Origin: a virus
Lineage: Duplodnaviria > Caudoviricetes
Reading direction: 5' to 3' (one strand)
DNA length: 64,000 bases
IMG/VR virus record: IMGVR_UViG_3300036778_000062
Coordinates: 32,001-96,000 of that record
Shown here: positions 9,314 to 16,214 of the stretch, piece after piece
Position numbering within the stretch: the stretch's first letter is position 1
Layout of the letters: every line of letters starts with the position of its first letter
The notes under the pieces: generated by a model
Seen by the model: only the letters and a program-made list of their open reading frames with translations
The model's database searches: none
What the model was told of the DNA's origin: nothing
Translations under genes and position numbers: made by a program

Positions 9314-9637
9314 ATGGCTACGCCGAAACTGCAGGGACTTGCAAAGGCGCTGTCGATGCTAGAGCACGACATGGAGCACGGCGCCGGCAAACTCATTGCC
9401 AGGATCGAGGATGTGGGTTCGCGCGGCAAGGCTGCGATGGCGAAGAGCCACAGCAAACTGGATGGCATCGGTAGTCAGGTCGCTGAGGTTGAGAGCTTCG
9501 TGACGGCCCTGGAAGGCGCGAACGGAGGCGACCCTTTGGACGACTCGCCGAATGGTGCGGAGGTTGCGCCAGACGCTACCGTGCAGCCCGCAGTGCCGCC
9601 AGCAGAGCGTACGGTAGTGGCTGGCAAGACGCTGTAG
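9314..9637 (+). CDS. Hypothetical coiled-coil protein (may start at GTG 9191)
   Basis: AAGGA RBS before ATG 9314; helical heptad pattern. Confidence 0.65.
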   Translation: MATPKLQGLAKALSMLEHDMEHGAGKLIARIEDVGSRGKAAMAKSHSKLDGIGSQVAEVESFVTALEGANGGDPLDDSPNGAEVAPDATVQPAVPPAERTVVAGKTL

Positions 9638-9670
9638 CGTGATCGAAAAGCCAAAAGGAAAGAGAAATAG

Positions 9671-9859
9671 ATGTCTGCACCTATCCTTAAATATTTTGCA
9701 TACGAGCATTTGCCTGAACAGCTTCAGGCCGTGAGCGCACCGCTTGGAGTTGTTGCGGACTTGATGGACGGGTCTCTTCCTGATGGTGCAGAGAAATCTG
9801 CGGGGCTGCGAAAACTGCTTGAGGCTAAGGACTGCTTTGTCCGAGCCAAACTTGGCTAA
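9671..9859 (+). CDS. Conserved small helical phage protein, possible Acb2/Tad1-hairpin-like nucleotide sponge
   Basis: YFAYEHLP...PDGAEKSAGLRKLLEAKDCFVRA is a recurrent phage motif; function is inference. Confidence 0.7.
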   Translation: MSAPILKYFAYEHLPEQLQAVSAPLGVVADLMDGSLPDGAEKSAGLRKLLEAKDCFVRAKLG

Positions 9860-10256
9860 GCCGCCGCTGCTACTGCATGGAATGTTCGGGCTGGGTGATA
9901 ACCTTCATATCCGGGCGATTGTCCGCCAACTCATGCAGCGTTACGACGTCACATTAGAAACTTGCTGGGTTGCGCCGTTTCACGATCTGATTGCACAGGG
10001 CCTGCGCGTTGTTAACAAGCCCACTTCGCTAAGAACCCAAGCCAAAAACGCAAAACGTGAGGCCAGCCTGTTCTCCAAATCGCGCCCGGTCGGTGCCCAC
10101 ACTCGCAAGGTCTGGTATTCGCCGCAGGAAGTGCGGGACAATCGCGGCGTATTATCTGCGATGTGCCGCAACTGCGATGTGTCTTATGACAAGGCGGATT
10201 TTCGCCTACCCGTGAAACCTGAATGGGTCGCCGCTGCGAGGGCTGTAATAAATTGA
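9852..10256 (+). CDS. GT-B (GT9/heptosyltransferase-like) glycosyltransferase, N-terminal half
   Basis: GMFGLGDNL motif near N-terminus; ends DFRLPVKPEW linker. Confidence 0.7.
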   Translation: MAKPPLLLHGMFGLGDNLHIRAIVRQLMQRYDVTLETCWVAPFHDLIAQGLRVVNKPTSLRTQAKNAKREASLFSKSRPVGAHTRKVWYSPQEVRDNRGVLSAMCRNCDVSYDKADFRLPVKPEWVAAARAVIN

Positions 10257-10621
10257 TGATAGTGCCAAAGGTTTGGGGATCTGAGAAAGTTATCGTCAAT
10301 ACGCCGGGCTACTGCGGCAAGTTTCTTCGTGTCGCAGCCGGTATGCAGTGCAGCCTTCACAGGCACCGCATTAAGGATGAGACGTTTTACGTGGTCAGTG
10401 GCGTACTTAACGTCGAATTGGGGCCGACTCCTGACGAAGCACGCAACAATCCAATCGTAATGCATAAGGACGACAGCATTCGCGTTGCGCCCGGCTCGTG
10501 GCATCGCTTTGGTTCGGTCGACGGTGCGGTGATCGCGGAGTTTTCAACGCACCATGACGATGCGGACGTTGAGCGGGCGGAAGAGTCTGGGCCGCTTATG
10601 TACGGGCAGGGCGGTGCTTGA
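10256..10621 (+). CDS. Cupin (sugar isomerase-like)
   Basis: PKVWGSE, CSLHRHRIKDETFYV, PGSWHRF, EFSTHHDDADVER. Confidence 0.85.
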   Translation: MIVPKVWGSEKVIVNTPGYCGKFLRVAAGMQCSLHRHRIKDETFYVVSGVLNVELGPTPDEARNNPIVMHKDDSIRVAPGSWHRFGSVDGAVIAEFSTHHDDADVERAEESGPLMYGQGGA

Positions 10622-11177
10622 TAAGCCAATCCTGGTCTATCGCCCTCTGGTCGAGCGCACTGAATGGAATGGATGCGCCGCGCGTAACCCAGACCATAAT
10701 GCGTATGCCGAGCTGTATGCTTCAGTGAGAGATCGCTTCCATGTTGTCTCGATAGCGGATCTGGTGCCGGGAAAAGAGTGGATGGTTGGTCATGAGGTTG
10801 AAGTTGACCAGAAATTCCATGCCGGTGAATTGCCTTTCGAGACTCTTGCTGGGCTGTTTTCTATTGCGGCGATGGTATTTGCATCGCCTGGATTCGCGGT
10901 GATCCTGGCGCAAGCTGTAGAGACGCCGGTCGTGGCCGTCTTCGGCTCTTACGAGGCCAGTTATAGTTTTAGCGGTGGCGCGCGTTGGTGCCCGTACTTG
11001 GGAATCGACCCCATCAGGCCGTGCGACGATTTCAACCATAGCAATACGAAAGACAAAACCATTGACGTTGAAGCCGCCAAAGCCCGCATCGCCATATTCG
11101 CCGCCGAGGCGATCGAGCGTCACAATAGACGCGCCGAAGGCGGACTTGAGCGGGCTGCCAACGCGCTATGTGCATGA
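10614..11177 (+). CDS. GT-B glycosyltransferase, C-terminal half
   Basis: DKPILVYRP, LAGLFSIAAMV, ILAQAVETPVVAVFG motif; GTG overlaps cupin stop. Confidence 0.7.
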   Translation: MLDKPILVYRPLVERTEWNGCAARNPDHNAYAELYASVRDRFHVVSIADLVPGKEWMVGHEVEVDQKFHAGELPFETLAGLFSIAAMVFASPGFAVILAQAVETPVVAVFGSYEASYSFSGGARWCPYLGIDPIRPCDDFNHSNTKDKTIDVEAAKARIAIFAAEAIERHNRRAEGGLERAANALCA

Positions 11178-11688
11178 GGGCGAATTAGATGTTCTTATTC
11201 ATCTCGTCCGATCTTTGGATGCACGTGTGGTTGCAGAGTTTGGCTGCAACAATGGTCGCACCGCTGCAGCTGTATTGCGAAACGTGCTAACGATTGAGCG
11301 GTACATCGGCGTAGATGTACCTCTGGGATACGTCACGCCGTGTAAAGTACAGCGCCGAGAGGTGCCTCAGCGACCGGGCGAGTTGGCGCTAGCTGACGGG
11401 CGGTTTGAATTGGTGTTGCGCGACCGAGGCACGTTCGATCTATCCGCCAAAGACTTTCCTCAGTGCGATTTGATTTTTATTGATGGCGGACATGACGAGG
11501 CTGCTGTTCGAAATGATCGCGACCTTGCTTTGCGGGTTGTGCGCGCTGGCGGTCTTATTGTTTATCATGACGATAATGGCCTTCGTACCGTTGATGTTAG
11601 TCGCGTGCTTGACGATATCCACGATAACGGCGCTGATGTCAGGCATGTTTCGGGGACTTGGCTGGCATTTGAGTATGTGGGGGGATAA
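11068..11688 (+). CDS. Class I SAM-dependent methyltransferase (Methyltransf_24-like); start uncertain
   Basis: EFGCNNGRT, DLIFIDGGHD, GGLIVYHD motifs. Confidence 0.88.
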   Translation: MKPPKPASPYSPPRRSSVTIDAPKADLSGLPTRYVHEGELDVLIHLVRSLDARVVAEFGCNNGRTAAAVLRNVLTIERYIGVDVPLGYVTPCKVQRREVPQRPGELALADGRFELVLRDRGTFDLSAKDFPQCDLIFIDGGHDEAAVRNDRDLALRVVRAGGLIVYHDDNGLRTVDVSRVLDDIHDNGADVRHVSGTWLAFEYVGG

Positions 11689-11690
11689 CC

Positions 11691-11969
11691 ATGGCTACTG
11701 AGATCCTCGCAATTGGGTCGACCGCTGCAAGCAGCTCGGATGTTACCGTTGCTAGCGGAGACACGCTGACTGTTGCGCTCAAGGATGCGACGCCTCCACG
11801 TGTTAACGGCGGCGTGGTCAAGATCGAACTAAAGGCAGACAACGGCAGCTATTTCGAGGTCGGCGAACTTGCTGGCGCTAATGGCAAGACAGGCGCAGTG
11901 ATCGACGCGCCTGGCACCTATCGATTTACGCGCCTGGCTGGCTCGGCATGCGGGGTTTTTAGTGCGTAG
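11691..11969 (+). CDS. Small beta-rich virion protein (possible spike base/adaptor)
   Basis: All-beta pattern, PGTYRF motif, precedes lectin gene. Confidence 0.65.
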   Translation: MATEILAIGSTAASSSDVTVASGDTLTVALKDATPPRVNGGVVKIELKADNGSYFEVGELAGANGKTGAVIDAPGTYRFTRLAGSACGVFSA

Positions 11970-13362
11970 CATTGCGCGGCCACTGCTGCGACCGTGCTCA
12001 AGGCCTATCGTGCAATATAGCGAGCGCGGTGGCGCACACTCTGCGGATCCAGACTGGGCGGCTGCATGGACGCTGGGCACGGGTGACAAGCCGTCTGCCG
12101 TGCTAGAATTCGCCAACGGTCGCTACTTTGATGGCACCACGAACAGCACAGTGCTCTCGACGCTCGTTGCAAACAGTCCAACCGTGACGCCTGGCGTCGG
12201 TATGGTTTGCGACGGCACGAACTTCGCAACGCTTAGCGCGCTCCTCGATGGCATCAAAACGGCTGGCGGCGCAACGATCGTGGTCGAGGCTGACGGCGGC
12301 GACAACAGTACCGCGACAGGCTTGATGGGCTTTACCAGCGGTAACCCGGACAGTCCGTTTATCGCCAATGGCAGCGGCACCACCGCCACCATGAATTGCT
12401 GGAACGGCACCAACATGGCCGGCCCGGTCGCGGTCGATGTGTCCAAGCGCTACCCCTACGCCGCTGCGTGGAACAATACAGGCATCATCAAGTCTGCGAC
12501 ACTGGCGAACGTCGCGACGAACTCGCAAAACTTCACCAACCCGATTACGGGCGCGGTGCTAGGCTCGTGGAACGGTGGCTTTGCCTGGGGCGGTCATATC
12601 CGCTCGATCGCGGTCTATCCGGTGGTGGTCAGTGATGGCTATCTCGCGCAGATGTCTTGGCCGTCGAAATTTTCGCGGCCGTATGATGGCGTGGCAGCAC
12701 TCGCGATCAGCGGCGGGTGGGTTGGCTGTGGCAGCACTCTCGCGTCGTACTTCAAGACCGGCGCCGCGTGGACGATGTTCTACAATGGCGTGCTGTCGTC
12801 TTCGTCGTCCGGGCAGCTTTGCGTGCTGTTCACGAACGTGCACGAAGGGGCAACACCTCCGTGGTATGGGACCGAAGTCTATGTGCACGATAGCGGCATC
12901 ATCCGTGTCCAGATCATGTCGGGTTGGGACGGCAGCAGCCTGACCAACCTCATCCGTGTCGAGGGCAGTACCAAAGTTTACGACGATCAGGGTCACACCA
13001 TCACAGTGGCGAGGGATGACAGCAACCTTGCCGCCGGCATTGAAATCCTGGTTGATGGCGTTCCAGAGACCCTGACGGTCGCCGCCGACAACATCACAGG
13101 TCCCATCGACACCACCTTGGGCGAATTTGAGATCGCGGGTCAGTTCGGCGGCTTTTCCAATGTGCGGATGGACACCATGATCATGTCCAGCACCAAGCGC
13201 CCACATTCCTACACAACTGACGCTATCGCCGCCGGCCGACGTCCCGCAGCGGATGCCGACACGCTGGGCTACTATGACTTCCGCGAGGGCACGGGCACCA
13301 CGACCGCCGATAAATCCGGTAACGGCAACACGGGCACGATCCATTCTGGAACGTGGATATGA
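11962..13362 (+). CDS. LamG/ConA-like double-domain virion fibre or spike
   Basis: GHIRSIAVY and GYYDFREGTGTTTADKSGNGNTGTI motifs. Confidence 0.8.
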   Translation: MRSIARPLLRPCSRPIVQYSERGGAHSADPDWAAAWTLGTGDKPSAVLEFANGRYFDGTTNSTVLSTLVANSPTVTPGVGMVCDGTNFATLSALLDGIKTAGGATIVVEADGGDNSTATGLMGFTSGNPDSPFIANGSGTTATMNCWNGTNMAGPVAVDVSKRYPYAAAWNNTGIIKSATLANVATNSQNFTNPITGAVLGSWNGGFAWGGHIRSIAVYPVVVSDGYLAQMSWPSKFSRPYDGVAALAISGGWVGCGSTLASYFKTGAAWTMFYNGVLSSSSSGQLCVLFTNVHEGATPPWYGTEVYVHDSGIIRVQIMSGWDGSSLTNLIRVEGSTKVYDDQGHTITVARDDSNLAAGIEILVDGVPETLTVAADNITGPIDTTLGEFEIAGQFGGFSNVRMDTMIMSSTKRPHSYTTDAIAAGRRPAADADTLGYYDFREGTGTTTADKSGNGNTGTIHSGTWI

Positions 13363-13697
13363 AGGCCGGTCCACTCAACAAGCGCGCAACGTTCCAGGCG
13401 CTCGTCACCACACCAGACGGCGCTGGTGGCAGCACGCAGTCGTGGACGAATTACACCACTGTGTGGGCCCAACTATCGCCTGAGCGCGCGCGAGAGAAAA
13501 TCCAGCAAGGACGAATTGCAGACAATCAGGCTGGTGTGTTGCGGATTAGGTCAAGCAGCGTGACGCGCCTGATCAATGATACGTATCGCGTTGCCGTGGA
13601 TGGCGTGACGTACGACGTGCGTAGCAACAGCAACCCAGATCAGCGCAACGATATGCTGGAATTCATCGTTGAGACTGATGGGACGGTGCCGGTATAA
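13359..13697 (+). CDS. Head closure protein (SPP1 gp16-like)
   Basis: MKAGPLNKRATFQ, DGAGG...W...TVWA. Confidence 0.92.
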   Translation: MKAGPLNKRATFQALVTTPDGAGGSTQSWTNYTTVWAQLSPERAREKIQQGRIADNQAGVLRIRSSSVTRLINDTYRVAVDGVTYDVRSNSNPDQRNDMLEFIVETDGTVPV

Positions 13698-13698
13698 A

Positions 13699-13911
13699 TT
13701 ATTTATCGGCGGTCTTTTTGAACCGTTGAAGAATGTAGTTCTCCGGCATCGTTGTTTCACGAGCAAGAATAAGCTTAGCAATCGCGTCGAAACAGGCAAG
13801 CCGCTCGCTACTGTCCTTTACGCTGGCACACGTCAGAATATCAGACTCTGACGAAGCCATTGCCGGCGACGCAATCAATACCAATGCAGCAATGCTAATA
13901 ATCAGGCGCAT
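13699..13911 (-). CDS. Small secreted protein, antisense moron
   Basis: Signal peptide MRLIISIAALVLIASPAMA; C-x(11)-C pair (CASVKDSSERLACFD). Confidence 0.7.
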   Translation of the reverse strand: MRLIISIAALVLIASPAMASSESDILTCASVKDSSERLACFDAIAKLILARETTMPENYILQRFKKTADK

Positions 13912-13913
13912 CT

Positions 13914-14087
13914 TTGAAAACCCTTGAAATGCATCGTGATTATACATATCGCGCGAAACGCAATGTCAATATCAAATATCTCGCCGGCTATACCTATCGG
14001 CGGGTGCCAGAGGCTGCGGTAAGAGCTATTTTGGCGGCTGAGGCTGGCTCCATCGTGTCGTCGTACGAGACTGACGATCGTGCTTGA
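13914..14087 (+). CDS. Small virion-region protein (57 aa)
   Basis: MKTLEMHRDYTYR...YLAGYTYRRVPEAAVRAILAAEAG; stop overlaps next start; below ORF-track cutoff. Confidence 0.65.
   Translation: MKTLEMHRDYTYRAKRNVNIKYLAGYTYRRVPEAAVRAILAAEAGSIVSSYETDDRA
13939..13969 (-). promoter_or_regulatory. Candidate sigma70 promoter for the 13911 moron
   Basis: TTGACA-N19-TATAAT on - strand; spacer longer than optimal. Confidence 0.4.
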
Positions 14088-14490
14088 CCCATCCCTGCCG
14101 CTCCAGACCGCGATTTTTGCGGCCCTCTCGGCACCTGGAGTGTTGCCCGCCGTTGTTGGCGGTCGACTATACGACGAGCCACCGCAGAACGCTCAAACGC
14201 CGTATTTGTCACTAGGCGACTGTCAAGTCCTCCCTGACAAGGCTGGCTGCATCGACGGCTCCGAGTGCTATCCGATCATCGACGTGTGGTCGACGTACAA
14301 AGGGTACGCTGAAGCCAAGACTATTGCTGCGGCTATCTTGGCAAAACTTGATGACCAGCCTGAAAATCTGAGTGTGGCGGGTTTCAGCGTCGTGATTTTT
14401 GAAATTAGCGATTACCGACCGATGCGAGACAGCGACGGTATCACAAGGCGCGTAAACCTAACTTTCCGGGCGCTAGTTCAGCCGTCCTAG
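14080..14490 (+). CDS. Tail terminator (DUF3168-like)
   Basis: DPSLPLQTAI, VGGRLYD, PYLSLG, IDVWS. Confidence 0.9.
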   Translation: MLDPSLPLQTAIFAALSAPGVLPAVVGGRLYDEPPQNAQTPYLSLGDCQVLPDKAGCIDGSECYPIIDVWSTYKGYAEAKTIAAAILAKLDDQPENLSVAGFSVVIFEISDYRPMRDSDGITRRVNLTFRALVQPS

Positions 14491-14622
14491 CCGCACATCG
14501 GCACAACCAATCCTGCGACGTAACCCCAATACGCGCACGGCGCTGCACACAGAGCAGCACATTAGGCCCAGCCAAGCAGGCGGCCATTTTCCCAAAGCAC
14601 TACATTTTAAGAGGTTACGTCT

Positions 14623-15069
14623 ATGGCTGGCACCATTAAGCCGACCGTTATTGCGGGTACCAAACTCCTGATTCTTGTCGGCGATGGAGCGAGCCCGGAA
14701 ACATTTGCCCAACCTTGCGGGCTCACCAACAATGGATTTTCGCTCACCTCCGCGACCGGCTCGACCGTCATCCCCTTTTGTGATGACCCCGAAGCCGCAG
14801 CCTGGGACTCGAAGGAAGTCACCTCGCTGTCTGCGCAGGTCACCGGATCCGGTGTCATGGCCGTCGAATCGTTCAACATCTGGAACGATTGGGCTTTGAG
14901 CGGTGAAGCAAAGAACGCTCAGGTCAAACTCGATGACGCATCTCTTGGCCACTATGAAGGCCCGTGGGTGCTTTCGAGTTTCAAACTCACTGGTCAGCGC
15001 GGGCAAAAGGTAACCGTTGATATCACGATGGACAACGCTGACATCATTACGTGGGTTGACGCGACCTAA
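14623..15069 (+). CDS. Major tail tube protein
   Basis: LLILVGDGASPETF.QPCGL, PFCDDP, GSGV. Confidence 0.92.
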   Translation: MAGTIKPTVIAGTKLLILVGDGASPETFAQPCGLTNNGFSLTSATGSTVIPFCDDPEAAAWDSKEVTSLSAQVTGSGVMAVESFNIWNDWALSGEAKNAQVKLDDASLGHYEGPWVLSSFKLTGQRGQKVTVDITMDNADIITWVDAT

Positions 15070-15081
15070 CGGCTGCAAGCG

Positions 15082-15609
15082 ATGAGCCGCAATCCCAGCG
15101 TCGATCGGTTCAGGGAAGACATGCACGACTTGGCCGCTCAGATGGCCAAAAACTTCCATGAGACGCTGCTGCTCCAGGCTGATGAGCTTATGCAAGATAT
15201 GTCTGACGCTATTGAACATAGCGTCAGTGGAAATTTGAAAGCGTCGCTCAGAAAAAAAGACGTGACCGAGCATTTTGGCGATATCGAACGCCCATCTGTT
15301 CTTGTCATTGCCGGTGGCCCGAAAACAACAAGGCGGACAAAAGCTGGCGTAGCTTTCGATTACGCAGTTGCAGAAGAATTTGGCACGCGAAACGAAGCAC
15401 CGAGACCATTCTTCTACAGCACGGCTCGACGATATCGCTCTCTAGCCCCGCCCGACTGGCAAGAGACCCTTGCAGCCACGATAGAAGAAAACAACAACAT
15501 GCGCAAAAACAGAGGCGATTATAATTACTCCACCTCTGATTTCAGGCGGACAGGCGCGGATGCTGGTGGCGCCATCGTTATCCAAAAAGGCAAAAGGCCA
15601 TCCTCATGA
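15082..15609 (+). CDS. HK97 gp10-like tail completion protein
   Basis: SGNLKASL, YAVAEEFGT...PRPFFY. Confidence 0.85.
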   Translation: MSRNPSVDRFREDMHDLAAQMAKNFHETLLLQADELMQDMSDAIEHSVSGNLKASLRKKDVTEHFGDIERPSVLVIAGGPKTTRRTKAGVAFDYAVAEEFGTRNEAPRPFFYSTARRYRSLAPPDWQETLAATIEENNNMRKNRGDYNYSTSDFRRTGADAGGAIVIQKGKRPSS

Positions 15610-16058
15610 GCGCTGATGGCTCTGTTGAATTGGTCTGGGCTGACGAGACTCGCAAATTCAGAATTGCGATCGGCGAGTTTCGTGACCTTCAGGAAAGCGT
15701 CAACACCAGGAGAGTTGCGATCGGTGCTGAGCCGATTGGCCCGTCTACCATATTGGCGGCACTGCGAACAAACAACGCGTGGCCCGATGACGTACGCGAT
15801 GTTTTGAAGGCCGGCCTGATCGGGGGTGGCTTGGCATTCGACAAAGCGCAGCGCTTGCTGGTGAGGCACTTTGACAACAAGCCGCTGTTGGCGCACACCA
15901 AGACTGCGTTCCTGCTTCTGCTGGCGGCCTTGGTTGGCGTTCCAGACGATGAAGTCTCAAAAAAAAAGATAGCGGAGACGGAAGAACCAGCCGCGGACTC
16001 TCCGAGCGAGACGAGCCAATCCGATTATCAGCCATCTATGGAAATGGCGCTGCAATAG
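15606..16058 (+). CDS. Tail assembly chaperone G (GTA gp10-like)
   Basis: LVWADETRKFRIAIGE, GLIGGG; position before TMP. Confidence 0.88.
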   Translation: MSADGSVELVWADETRKFRIAIGEFRDLQESVNTRRVAIGAEPIGPSTILAALRTNNAWPDDVRDVLKAGLIGGGLAFDKAQRLLVRHFDNKPLLAHTKTAFLLLLAALVGVPDDEVSKKKIAETEEPAADSPSETSQSDYQPSMEMALQ

Positions 16059-16210
16059 GCTTTACCCCGGCGCAGGTTGACGCCTGCTCATTCTGGCAGA
16101 TGCGCGCCTGCGTTGAGGGCTACAACAAAGCCAATGGGTCGGAAGACAAACTTGAGCCGCCGACAGACGAAGAATTTGAGCGCATGCTTATTGCGCACAA
16201 TGTGGAATAG
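15962..16210 (+). CDS. Tail assembly chaperone GT extension via -1 frameshift at A AAA AAG (15962-15968)
   Basis: -1 frame reads IYGNGAAIGFTPAQVDACSFWQMRACVEGY...PPTDEEF and stops 4 nt before TMP. Confidence 0.88.
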   Translation, partial: KKDSGDGRTSRGLSERDEPIRLSAIYGNGAAIGFTPAQVDACSFWQMRACVEGYNKANGSEDKLEPPTDEEFERMLIAHNVE

Positions 16211-16214
16211 ATAA

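Noticed and set aside
15252-15258. A7 run as a frameshift site in the gp10-like gene
   Set aside because: The zero frame carries the conserved EFGT/PRPFF motifs and the -1 frame is not protein-like.
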